Virus record (IMG/VR): IMGVR_UViG_3300026484_000351
Span: 32,769 to 96,768 of that record
Source: a virus
DNA: 64,000 bases
Strand: one strand, 5' to 3'
Shown here: piece after piece, positions 49,353-59,016 of the stretch
How positions within the stretch are numbered: position 1 is the stretch's first letter
Layout of the letters: the number at the start of each line of letters is the position of its first letter
Program-made: the position numbers and the translations under genes
Notes under the pieces: generated by a model
What the model was told of the DNA's origin: nothing
What the model saw: the letters and a program-made list of their open reading frames with translations, nothing else
The model's database searches: none

Positions 49353-52124
49353 ATGAATAAATTCTTAATAGATTTTTATGGTTTTGGAGATATACACAAC
49401 CCAAAAGAGGTACCTTTTTTGCCCAAAACAATTATTAATGATATAGATAAGTTAAAAGATAAAAAAGGAAATGACAACCAAATTATATATGTTTATGATA
49501 GTCTAAGAAGTGGTTTCTTTAGATATAATAAGGACCTTGCAAATTATGATGATAATTGTACTATAATAAAGGGATGGGAACGGATTTATGATGGCCATAT
49601 TAATATTGAATGGAGATTAGGTTATAATAATGAGGATTTAGGTTTAGCAGTCACTAAAATGGCTAGATTAATGCGAATGCACTCTGAGTATTATCGTTCA
49701 AAAACTATATATATTCCTAAAGGGGATTATCTACTAACTTACCCAATAACTTTGAGTCAAGGTGTTTCTCTACAAGGTGAGGGATATTTTACTAAATTAA
49801 TATGCGATTTTAGCGATGAGTTTATAAATGACCCGTCTTTATTCTATAAGAATTACGGAAATTTGTTTGGTACTTTTGATAATAAGCATGTTCACTATAC
49901 TTGTAGTTTAGATAACCCACCTATGATTTCAAACTGGTGGATGACTAATTACCAAAGCATTAAAGATATTCGCTTAGATGGCAATAATAAAAATGTTAAG
50001 GCTATATGGCTGAACGAAGTCTATTACTCTCAATTTGAAAATATAAACATTAGAAACTTTAAAGATTCAGGATTTACCATAATAAGAGGCCAGTTTAATT
50101 CTATAGAAAATTTAAGTGTAATCAACTCTTCAGCTGTTAGGTTTATATGTTGTTGTACTTTAAGTGTAGATGGTTTAGATATTGAAGGTTCTATTAGTCC
50201 CCAAAACCAATTAGAAATAGTGCATGACTCTAAATGGAAACAAGCTATTTCTTTAACAAACTTTCACCTCGAAGAGGCTTCTAGTGGAGTTTATAACGAT
50301 GGAGACGCTTTTTTAATATCGCAAGAAGGAGTATCTATATATTCTATGTTTGCTACTTATAATAATCATAACAAAGATAATAGGAATTTTCATATTTCAG
50401 CAGGCATGGAATATACCTTTGATAACTGTACAATTAATACTGTTGATGCCAATAACTTTTTAATTAACGATGGAAGTACAGGTTCGGGTATGGACTTTTT
50501 AGTGGATAATGGACTTAAAAAAGTTTTTATAAATGGGACTGCTTCAGAAAGGGTTAAATATTCTAATATAAGTAGAAATACAGAAGTATCACTAAATAAT
50601 AAAATGTTAAGTTCGGGATTCAAAGTTATATCAAATTCAAGTCCTAAGCTAAAAACTTTATGGTGTAGCTCTGATACCAAGATAAATCTTGGTAACAACC
50701 CTAATAGATATTTAGATTTTGGAAACGGATCATCTTTAGATGTCGTAAATTCATATGGTAGATTAAATATTAAAGCTGGTTCAGTTTTACCTGACATAAA
50801 TTTAGAAGCAAATACTCACACATTCAAAGATATAGATTCTAATACTATTATGAAGATAGGGAAAGAAACTATTGAACATAGCGGCATAATAGATTATCAA
50901 CATAAAGAAAAGCAAGTTTCTGAACAATTTTTGTCTTTTAAAAACAAAGATAATATAACATTAAAAAACCTCAAATTAACAACGTCTCACAAATACAATA
51001 CGATTGTTTTCAAAAATTGTTCTAATATTACTATTGATAATGTAGAAATATCTACAATTTATGAAAATGTATGGAGAGATACATTTTTGAAAGAGGGCAG
51101 TAAAGATGAGAATCGATTTATGAGAACTACTGCTATTTTAATAATAAATTCATTTAACATTAGAATAAAAAATTCTAAATTTAATAAAATACCAGGAGTT
51201 GGAATAGTAGTAGATAATTGCAGCAATGTTAATGTAGATTCTTGTACTTTTAGAGATATGGGAGGTAATTGTTTTAACTCTATTAATAATGGAGAGAAGG
51301 ATTTAAGCTTTACTAATAATTTTGTTTACGGTTGTTATGATTCATTTGTCGGGGTACATTTGGCAGATAATGTAATAATAAGTAATAATGTTTTACATAA
51401 AACAAGTGACTTAAGAAAAGTAAATACGGGTTATGGAATAGATATTCCTGGGGCTTCCAATGTTATTGTGTCTAATAACACAATAACAGGCAACGGAACG
51501 CAGAGTAATATACATACCGGAATTGGCATACACATTCACGGATATCTTAAAAAAAGTGGCGAAAACATAATAGTTTCTAATAATATTATTTCTGGGGTTA
51601 ATATAGGCTTACAAGTAGGGGAAGGAACTTCTATAATAAAAGTCCAAAGTAACATATTTACTAAAAATAACATAGGCATTAGAGTAGGGGATTCTAAAAA
51701 CCTAGATATTAGTAGTAATATTATAAATGAAAGCAATGTTAGTATAGATGCTTGGAGTAATACAAGGGTAGTAAATCTTAAAATACACGATAACACTTTA
51801 GAAACCAAAAAAGGGTTAAGTGTAGGACCCAACACAATTAATACAAAAGTGTATAATAACGATATTATTGAATTGGAAGAATCTGGAAGTATCTCTAAAA
51901 GTAAAGAAGTTTACTTGAGAAATAACAAAAACGGAGAATTGAATGAGACAATTTATTTAGAAGCCAAAGAAGAATTAGAAAAATGCCCTATTAATGCTAA
52001 ACGATACATAGTTAAAAATACTGATGAAGAGCTGGAATATATTTTCGATAGTGAACTTACTGAAGACGATGATGATGGTGATAATTATATTTTTAATAAT
52101 TCGGGCTGTTTTAAGAAAGTTTAA
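49353..52124 (+). CDS. right-handed beta-helix protein (tailspike/polysaccharide depolymerase-like), two beta-helix blocks
   Basis: IYIPKGDY, V.L.GEG..T.L, many N.I.I.NN.I repeats. Confidence 0.8.
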   Translation: MNKFLIDFYGFGDIHNPKEVPFLPKTIINDIDKLKDKKGNDNQIIYVYDSLRSGFFRYNKDLANYDDNCTIIKGWERIYDGHINIEWRLGYNNEDLGLAVTKMARLMRMHSEYYRSKTIYIPKGDYLLTYPITLSQGVSLQGEGYFTKLICDFSDEFINDPSLFYKNYGNLFGTFDNKHVHYTCSLDNPPMISNWWMTNYQSIKDIRLDGNNKNVKAIWLNEVYYSQFENINIRNFKDSGFTIIRGQFNSIENLSVINSSAVRFICCCTLSVDGLDIEGSISPQNQLEIVHDSKWKQAISLTNFHLEEASSGVYNDGDAFLISQEGVSIYSMFATYNNHNKDNRNFHISAGMEYTFDNCTINTVDANNFLINDGSTGSGMDFLVDNGLKKVFINGTASERVKYSNISRNTEVSLNNKMLSSGFKVISNSSPKLKTLWCSSDTKINLGNNPNRYLDFGNGSSLDVVNSYGRLNIKAGSVLPDINLEANTHTFKDIDSNTIMKIGKETIEHSGIIDYQHKEKQVSEQFLSFKNKDNITLKNLKLTTSHKYNTIVFKNCSNITIDNVEISTIYENVWRDTFLKEGSKDENRFMRTTAILIINSFNIRIKNSKFNKIPGVGIVVDNCSNVNVDSCTFRDMGGNCFNSINNGEKDLSFTNNFVYGCYDSFVGVHLADNVIISNNVLHKTSDLRKVNTGYGIDIPGASNVIVSNNTITGNGTQSNIHTGIGIHIHGYLKKSGENIIVSNNIISGVNIGLQVGEGTSIIKVQSNIFTKNNIGIRVGDSKNLDISSNIINESNVSIDAWSNTRVVNLKIHDNTLETKKGLSVGPNTINTKVYNNDIIELEESGSISKSKEVYLRNNKNGELNETIYLEAKEELEKCPINAKRYIVKNTDEELEYIFDSELTEDDDDGDNYIFNNSGCFKKV

Positions 52125-52301
52125 GTAAGTTGTTGAATGCCTATAAAAACTGAAATGGAGTTAAGGTGTTAGGCATAGAAGTTAAAATAAGGTGTAAGAA
52201 CGGGTTCAAGAGAAGAAGTGGAAAATATCCACTTCAATAAAGACTATATCTGTCTCCACTTGAAGTAATTGACAAATGCGGCAGTATCATAGTGAAATAT
52301 A

Positions 52302-52576
52302 ATGAAAACAAAAAATATTTTTTATAAAAAAGGTTTTAAAGCTTATATTTTTAAGAAATTAAATAGCAGGATTTATAGAACAAAAGGCGAATCTTCTAAA
52401 ATTGGTTTAGAAATAGAACTGGGCGATATGTTTTTTGAGAAAGAAGATTATTGAGATGAAGTAGAATATAGAGCAATGCAAGCATTTATAAATGCTTTTG
52501 GTGATTTAAGACTATATGCTTTTGAATATAGGCCTATAGGAGAATAGAAACTTACACCCCTGAATTGTTTATTTAA
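52302..52576 (+). pseudogene. direct repeat copy 2; decayed PE-tag gene (ancestral end ETYTPELFI)
   Basis: TGA where copy 1 has TGG, plus a 1-nt loss near 52540. Confidence 0.8.
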
Positions 52577-52586
52577 AGGAATATAA

Positions 52587-52865
52587 ATGAATATTAAAAT
52601 ATTTAGAGAAGACTTTAGTGCATTTAATTTATTAGAACAAAATGAATTACTTTTATATTGTAAATTTTTTCTTAAATTGAAAATAAAATCTGCTGTTGCT
52701 AAAAAAGATTTTAATTCTATTTATTTTGACATAATGAGGGAACTATCTGAATTTGAAAATAAACTAATTCATAAGTTCAGAAAAGAAAAACTTCAATATA
52801 TAAAAATACAGAATAATATAAATTATAATTACATTAGAGATAAATACCCTGAAGTTTTTATTTAA
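52587..52865 (+). CDS. PE-tag family protein (ends KYPEVFI)
   Basis: AAGGA RBS; C-terminal tag. Confidence 0.8.
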   Translation: MNIKIFREDFSAFNLLEQNELLLYCKFFLKLKIKSAVAKKDFNSIYFDIMRELSEFENKLIHKFRKEKLQYIKIQNNINYNYIRDKYPEVFI

Positions 52866-52873
52866 AAGGTTAT

Positions 52874-53284
52874 TATAGCATGGAGTGATTTGGTATCTAA
52901 AATAGGGCATAAAGCTAACGAAAACCAAGTTAGTACATCTAAAATAGATACTTATTATCCTTCCTCTAAAACCTGTTCAAATTGTAGTTCAGTAAAAGAG
53001 AGATTATTGCTCGAAGAGCGAATATTCTCGTGTTCTAAATGCAGTTTTGAAGAAGATAGAGGCATAAATGCTTCTATAAACGTACTAAATGAAGCATTAA
53101 GACTGGCTAGGATAGAATAGTACCAAACCAGTATAAAAAATTAATGACTGTGGGAGTTCTTATACCACTATAGAAATTGTTCTATAGAAGTTACTTAGAA
53201 GCAGTAAATAAGGATAGTATAACTTTTTATACTATTATATAGATTTATATTCTTTATATATATTTATATTTCTTTGCTATTATA
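52874..53284 (+). mobile_element. IS607 right-end remnant (3' tnpB plus complete right end)
   Basis: Reverse complement of about 8434-8843; includes ORF 52890-53120. Confidence 0.92.
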
Positions 53285-53520
53285 TTAAAATAAAAAGCCC
53301 TGGAATAAGTTTAATTTCTTTTAAGCTTATGAATAATGTTTCAGAAAATAAACTTAAACAAACAGCAAAAAGACAACTTCACAGAACAAATTCTGATGTG
53401 GTTATTTGCAATGATTTAAAAGTTATTAAAGAAGGAATTCATAAAGCATTTGCTGTTACTCAACATTCAACAAGAGAATTAAAAGGCAAACAAGATATTG
53501 CTAATTATATTGTAAGATAA
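53285..53520 (+). pseudogene. C-terminal remnant of a phosphopantothenate-cysteine ligase (CoaB-like)
   Basis: ...LISFKLMNN...A...L.....D.VICNDL...K..IA; 5' part replaced by the IS end. Confidence 0.6.
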
Positions 53521-53539
53521 ACTGAAAATTAAACTTATT

Positions 53540-53560
53540 TTAAGGTTAATGTGTTATAAT
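53540..53560 (+). promoter_or_regulatory. Early-type promoter
   Basis: TTAAGGTTAATGTGTTATAAT. Confidence 0.85.
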
Positions 53561-53589
53561 TATACTAAGAAAATACAAAAGGATAAAAA

Positions 53590-53802
53590 ATGTTAAAAGC
53601 TGGAAGTAAAGTAAAAGTAATTTCAATAAATAAAGATAATCAAGGTCGTTTAAAGTTATATTCACCTAATATGGAAGACCTCATTGGAGAAACTGGTGTT
53701 GTAACTAAACGTAAAAATAAAAATGGATATGTTGAAGTTGACTTAGATGATTATGGACCTCATTGGTCATTTGAAAGAAGTGATTTAGAAGTAATTTCAT
53801 AA
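53590..53802 (+). CDS. small KOW/SH3-like protein
   Basis: LKAGSKVKV...IGETGVV...W.F...DLE. Confidence 0.6.
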   Translation: MLKAGSKVKVISINKDNQGRLKLYSPNMEDLIGETGVVTKRKNKNGYVEVDLDDYGPHWSFERSDLEVIS

Positions 53803-53837
53803 TAATATTAAAAGATTTTTAGAATAAAATTAGCGAA

Positions 53838-53866
53838 ACCTATTTTTTGTTTTCCAAAAAATAGGT
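53838..53866. other. 12-bp intergenic hairpin
   Basis: ACCTATTTTTTG-TTTTC-CAAAAAATAGGT. Confidence 0.55.
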
Positions 53867-53897
53867 AAAAGTATATAGATAATTAAGGGATAGAAAA

Positions 53898-54668
53898 ATG
53901 ACATTAACAGTAAATGGAAACAAATTAACATTACATTATTTAACAGTAGTTGGAAGCACTTTACACGGTTTACACGGTGTAGATAGTGATACGGATGTTA
54001 AAGGAGTTTTTACTTGGGAACAAGATGTCCAAATGGGGTTATCGGATGCGCCAGAACAACTTGATAAAAGTATGAATAAAGAAGACAGAGCCGATTTAAT
54101 GAAACAATTATCAGAAAATTTTGGAAGAGAATTTGATAATGATTTGGATTTATTTGAAGCAAAGAAATTTTTTAAAAATGCGATGAAAACAGATCCTAAT
54201 ATGTTGGATATGTTAAATGCTGATAAAGTTCAAGGTATGGTTATGTACTGCACAAGAGAATTTAAAGCTGTTCTTGATAATAGACATTTATTTCTTAATT
54301 ATGAACTGGCCCATAAAAGGTTTACTGGAATGAGCTTCAATTGTCTTAAACTAGGCAAAAAAGAAAACAATAAAAATAAATTTAAAGACCTAGCAAAAAG
54401 CCTTCAAAGTTTATTTAGTTTTTGGAATTTGGTTAAAAATGGTTCATTTAATCCAAGATTAAATGAAACTCAAACTTTAACAGTTCTTGATGTTAAAATG
54501 AATTTAAGAGAAAAAAGTCATCAAGATTTATTTGAAGAAGTACAAGACTTTAGAAGTGCTTTTGAAGAAGAATGTAATGAACTTAATTTACCCAAATTAA
54601 CAGAAGAAAAGAAAAAAGAGAATTTCAAAAAAATAAATACAATGTTATTAAATTTGAGAAAAGTCTAA
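53898..54668 (+). CDS. predicted nucleotidyltransferase (Pol-beta superfamily)
   Basis: VGS.LHG....SDTDVKGVF, E..KF......PN.L..L. Confidence 0.85.
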   Translation: MTLTVNGNKLTLHYLTVVGSTLHGLHGVDSDTDVKGVFTWEQDVQMGLSDAPEQLDKSMNKEDRADLMKQLSENFGREFDNDLDLFEAKKFFKNAMKTDPNMLDMLNADKVQGMVMYCTREFKAVLDNRHLFLNYELAHKRFTGMSFNCLKLGKKENNKNKFKDLAKSLQSLFSFWNLVKNGSFNPRLNETQTLTVLDVKMNLREKSHQDLFEEVQDFRSAFEEECNELNLPKLTEEKKKENFKKINTMLLNLRKV

Positions 54669-54683
54669 TAATTTAACTTTGTT

Positions 54684-54704
54684 TTAAGGTCGATGTGTTA
54701 TAAT
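54684..54704 (+). promoter_or_regulatory. Early-type promoter
   Basis: TTAAGGTCGATGTGTTATAAT. Confidence 0.85.
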
Positions 54705-54729
54705 TATATAAGACAGAAAGGAAGACAAT

Positions 54730-54924
54730 ATGAAAGACAATTACAGAATATACGGTAAATATGAAAGTATGAAACGATTTAGTCCATTAGATTTAACTGA
54801 AGGACAGTTTGTAACTAATTTAATTTACGCGAGTGTTTGGGCTGACTTAGATATTGTAACCAAAAAATGTAAGGAATTAAATGACATGAATAAAACGATG
54901 ACTTTTGAAGTGAGAAAAGTCTAA
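54730..54924 (+). CDS. hypothetical protein
   Basis: ORF after promoter. Confidence 0.7.
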   Translation: MKDNYRIYGKYESMKRFSPLDLTEGQFVTNLIYASVWADLDIVTKKCKELNDMNKTMTFEVRKV

Positions 54925-55018
54925 AACAAGCAAAAAGTACGAGAAAAGTTGTTTAGTTACTAAAAACATTAAATAAATGTTATAATACATTATAAAATAC
55001 ATTACAAAAGGAAATAAA

Positions 55019-55231
55019 ATGGCAAAGCAAAAAGGCGAAAGTATTCACAAAGAAAACGATAGAATGACATCATTGGGAAGTTCAGCAGTTTACAAAGAAT
55101 ACAAATTGAGAGATGCAATTTCTAAAGAGATGGAAAAAGATGGTGTAAGAGAAGCGGTTCTTGATTTTATATTTAGTGGAGACCCAGAAGCGGTGACACC
55201 GCTTCAAGAGATAAGAGACGCCCATAAATGA
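55019..55231 (+). CDS. hypothetical protein
   Basis: ORF after TGTTATAAT and AAGGA. Confidence 0.7.
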   Translation: MAKQKGESIHKENDRMTSLGSSAVYKEYKLRDAISKEMEKDGVREAVLDFIFSGDPEAVTPLQEIRDAHK

Positions 55232-55464
55232 TATTAAGTAGTAAACTGAGAACTATATCTTATATAAAAAAACTACTTAGTAAAAGATATGGTATTTATC
55301 ACTTAAGGTGGCAAGTAAGCGCCTGGGTGATGCTTCCATTTATGATGTTATTAGAAGCGCACTTACCTTTATGGGGTAATTTAATGTTGGGACAATTTAT
55401 TGGAGCACTAATATTTTATCCGATAGACACTTATATCTTCAAAAGTGAATCAACTACTTCTTGA
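55228..55464 (+). CDS. small membrane protein
   Basis: Hydrophobic segments; ATGA coupling. Confidence 0.65.
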   Translation: MILSSKLRTISYIKKLLSKRYGIYHLRWQVSAWVMLPFMMLLEAHLPLWGNLMLGQFIGALIFYPIDTYIFKSESTTS

Positions 55465-55819
55465 AATATAAATATTATAAAAGCGGTATTAAAATAACGA
55501 AACGATATAGTATTATCGTAAAAAGTTGAAAGATTAAGTTCTGACCCAGACAGTGGAGAACACCTTGTTTAATCATTGTTTATACAAAGTGTAAAAAGAA
55601 ATACAATAGTTCAGAAGTAATAGACTCATAAAACTATAAAGTAATTATTAAAAATAAAAGTTTTCAATAACCCAGCAGATACAATGTTTATAAAACAGCC
55701 TTACTTCGATATTTTTAAGTTAAGCAATAAGTTTTGAAATAAACTAAATTTGGAAGAATATATTGAATAGAAATTAAGTAAGATTAATATAGTATAAAGC
55801 GATAGACTAAAGGAAAATA

Positions 55820-57613
55820 ATGAATAAAACAGAGAAAATAATTGAAGAAACACAACGAGAAGCAATAATTAACAGGCCTTATAATTTGGCCGGATCTATT
55901 AAAAGAGTAAAAAAAGATAGATTTAATATTACACAAGATAAAATTGAATTTTCAACATCAAATACCGTTCCTGCACTTATGAAATTATTTATGGAAGCTT
56001 TAGATAATCCTATTGATGTAGCGATTAAGGGCGGATGTGATACAATTGATATAAAAGTGGATAATAAATCAATAAGAATTAAAGATAATGGTTACGGTGT
56101 AAGTACAGAAATGCAAGGTGGCGAAAGTATATTATATAAAGCATTTTGTAAGTATAATACAAGTGCCAATTATCAAGAAAAAAAAGGTCAAGGTCAAAAA
56201 GGCGTAAATGGTATTGGTATTAAATTATGTACAACATTAAGTACATTATTTGAAGTAATCTCAGAAGATACAAATGGAAAGTTAAAAATAATAGCAACTG
56301 AAAATAATCTTAATCATAAAATAAAAGAACTTAAACCAACTGGAAAAACAGGTGTTGAGGTTTATTTTGAACCAGATTTTAATATTTTTGAAGTACAAGA
56401 AATAGATCAAGAACACATTAATAAAATGTATGAATATACATTGATGCAATCTTTAACATATTCAAATATAAATTTTAGATTTAATGGTAAAAATGTTAAA
56501 ATTAAGCCAAAACAATTTATAAAATTGCTTAGTGAAGATTCTGTTATTATAGAAGAAGAAAAATATTTTATTGCAGTATTACCATCTGAATCAGGTGAAT
56601 TTAGACAATTATCTTATATAAATGGTCTCGAAATCTCGAAAGGTGGATCACATATTGATTATATAGCCGATAATATTGTAAAATCATTAAGAAGTAAAAT
56701 AGTAAAAAAATATAAATCTATTAAACCTTCAGATATTAAGAATAAATTAAATTTTGTTATTATTGGTAAAGATATGAAAAATATTGATTGGGAAGGTCAA
56801 GTTAAAGATACTATTGCTTCTACACCAGCAAATATTAGAAAATATTTTGAAGACTTAGATTTAGATAAATTTGCAGAAAAAGTTTACAAAAATAAAAATA
56901 TCACAAATAGTATTATTGATTATTTTAGAATTGCTGAAGAGTTTAAGAAAAAACAAGAGATGGATAAACTTGGTAAAGTTAAGAAAAAAATTAAATCTGA
57001 AAAATATACTAGAGCAGTAGGAGAAAATATAATCCTTATAGTTTGTGAAGGTGCTTCAGCAAAAGGAGGGTTGATGCCAATTCTTGGTAGAGATGGAATT
57101 GCTTATTACGAATTAAAAGGCAAACCTTTAAATGCACTTGTAGCAACACAACAAAAATTTACAGGAAATAAAGAACTTACAGAATTATTTCAAATTATAA
57201 GACAAGAAGGTTTTAAATATGTTGTAACAGGAACAGATCAAGATTTAGACGGCATTCATATTGCTGCTTTAATTACCGGTTTTTATAAAAAATATTTTCC
57301 TAATGAATTAAAGAATGGAATGCTGGGTAGACTCCAAACGCCAGTGTTTTTTACAAGAGGAAAAGATAAAAATCCAAAAGAATGGTTTTATAATCTTAGA
57401 GATATACCAGATGAAAGAGGTGAATATATGAAAGGTCTTGGTTCTTGGGAACCCGAAGACTTAGAATACATTATCCAAAAAGATGGTCTTGAGTCCATGA
57501 TAAATATTTTTGAAGATACTTGTAATTTAACAATAGATGAATGGCTCGGAAAAGATAGTGAACCTCGGAAAAAATATATTCAAGCAAATGATTTCGAATT
57601 AATTAAACTATAG
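55820..57613 (+). CDS. DNA topoisomerase II large subunit (T4 gp39+gp60-like)
   Basis: E..DN..D, DNG.G, G.NG.G.K, EGASA, L.GKPLN, DQDLDG.HI, KGLGS. Confidence 0.95.
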   Translation: MNKTEKIIEETQREAIINRPYNLAGSIKRVKKDRFNITQDKIEFSTSNTVPALMKLFMEALDNPIDVAIKGGCDTIDIKVDNKSIRIKDNGYGVSTEMQGGESILYKAFCKYNTSANYQEKKGQGQKGVNGIGIKLCTTLSTLFEVISEDTNGKLKIIATENNLNHKIKELKPTGKTGVEVYFEPDFNIFEVQEIDQEHINKMYEYTLMQSLTYSNINFRFNGKNVKIKPKQFIKLLSEDSVIIEEEKYFIAVLPSESGEFRQLSYINGLEISKGGSHIDYIADNIVKSLRSKIVKKYKSIKPSDIKNKLNFVIIGKDMKNIDWEGQVKDTIASTPANIRKYFEDLDLDKFAEKVYKNKNITNSIIDYFRIAEEFKKKQEMDKLGKVKKKIKSEKYTRAVGENIILIVCEGASAKGGLMPILGRDGIAYYELKGKPLNALVATQQKFTGNKELTELFQIIRQEGFKYVVTGTDQDLDGIHIAALITGFYKKYFPNELKNGMLGRLQTPVFFTRGKDKNPKEWFYNLRDIPDERGEYMKGLGSWEPEDLEYIIQKDGLESMINIFEDTCNLTIDEWLGKDSEPRKKYIQANDFELIKL

Positions 57614-57625
57614 TTTAATTAATTC

Positions 57626-57647
57626 TTAATAGTTAATATGTTATAAT
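57626..57647 (+). promoter_or_regulatory. Early-type promoter
   Basis: TTAATAGTTAATATGTTATAAT. Confidence 0.75.
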
Positions 57648-57663
57648 TATAAAAAGGAAATAA

Positions 57664-59016
57664 ATGAATATCGATACACACAAATTTAGAAAGACTGAAA
57701 TTAAAGATTTTATGGAAACAGAATTAGTTGATTATGCTAGCTATTCTACTTTAAGGGCAATTGCATCTTTAGCTGATGGCCTTAAAAATTCAGGGAGAAA
57801 AATAATTCATACAGTCCAAAAAAAGAATATTATCAATAAAACAAAAGTTACTAACCTAAATAGTATTGCTTCACTTGAAACGGAATATTTACACGGCGAC
57901 CAAGTTTTAAATGGAGTAATTACAGGCTTAGCAAGAAATTTTGTGGGGACAAATAATATAAATGTGCTATATCCAAGCGGTAATTTTGGAACAAGATTTG
58001 AACCTGAAGCGTCTGCACCAAGATATATTTTTACATATAAAAATAATAACTTTGATAATATATTTAATAAAGAAGATTCAAATATTATTCTTCATCAAAC
58101 ATTTGAGGGAACTGACATTGAACCCAGATTTTTTGTACCAAGTTTACCGATGATTTTAGTTAATGGTGCTGAAGGAATAGCAACAGGTTTTGCACAAAAA
58201 ATTCTTCCAAGAAAAGTCGAAACATTAAAAGAATTTATTAATTGCTCACTTAATAATAATCCACTACCAGATTTGCCACCATTTTACAATGGTTTTAAAG
58301 GAGTTATTACAAAAGGTACCAACCCTAATCAATGGGAAATTGAGGGTGTTTTTGAAAGAAAAGGAAAATCTAAAATAACAATTATTGAGTTACCTATTGG
58401 CTATAATCTTGCGTCTTATACAAAAGTATTAGATGATTTAGAAGATAAAAAACTTATAAAAAGTTTTACAGATAAGTCAAATGCCAAAAAGGGAACTTTT
58501 GAATTCGATGTTACATTAGATTCTAAAATCCTTAAAGAAACTGATGCTGTAATTAGAGCAAGATTAAAATTAGTAAAAACAGTTACGGAAAATTTTACTG
58601 TTATTGATGAAAATAATAAAGTAGTAGTTTATAATTCACCTGAAGAGGTGGTTAATCATTATATTAGAATTAAAAATCATTTTTTACAAAAAAGAAAAAA
58701 TCATCTTGTTCAAAAGCTAAAAAATGATTTATTAATTCTTGCAAGCAAGTATATTTTTGTTCTAGGTGTAACTGATGGCCACATTAAAGTAAATAAAGTT
58801 AAAAAAGTAGATATTATTGCACAACTTAAGACTTATCCAAAACTAATTACTGTTGATGATTCTTATGACTACCTCCTTGCGATGAAAATTTATAATTTAA
58901 CTGAGGAAAAACTTAGTGAACTACTTCAACAAATTAAGAATAAAAAAATTGATTTAAATGAAATTCAAATAAAAGATATAAAAGAAATCTGGAGTGAGGA
59001 AATAAAGAAATGTTAA
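57664..59016 (+). CDS. DNA topoisomerase II medium subunit (T4 gp52-like)
   Basis: RAI....DGLK...RK, YLHGD, G.FG.R....ASAPRY, NGAEGIATGF. Confidence 0.95.
   Translation: MNIDTHKFRKTEIKDFMETELVDYASYSTLRAIASLADGLKNSGRKIIHTVQKKNIINKTKVTNLNSIASLETEYLHGDQVLNGVITGLARNFVGTNNINVLYPSGNFGTRFEPEASAPRYIFTYKNNNFDNIFNKEDSNIILHQTFEGTDIEPRFFVPSLPMILVNGAEGIATGFAQKILPRKVETLKEFINCSLNNNPLPDLPPFYNGFKGVITKGTNPNQWEIEGVFERKGKSKITIIELPIGYNLASYTKVLDDLEDKKLIKSFTDKSNAKKGTFEFDVTLDSKILKETDAVIRARLKLVKTVTENFTVIDENNKVVVYNSPEEVVNHYIRIKNHFLQKRKNHLVQKLKNDLLILASKYIFVLGVTDGHIKVNKVKKVDIIAQLKTYPKLITVDDSYDYLLAMKIYNLTEEKLSELLQQIKNKKIDLNEIQIKDIKEIWSEEIKKC

Noticed and set aside
9221-52454. Genetic code reassignment TGA=Trp, suggested by TGA in tnpB and in the repeat at about 52452
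   Set aside because: Many intact genes end in TGA, often in ATGA overlaps, and use TGG for Trp. Both cases are in decaying elements.
1834-52865. PE tag as a DNA-level recombination site (integron-like cassette array)
   Set aside because: Synonymous positions vary freely (CCA/CCC/CCG/CCT, GAA/GAG, three stop codons) and no conserved flanking DNA repeat or integrase is visible.
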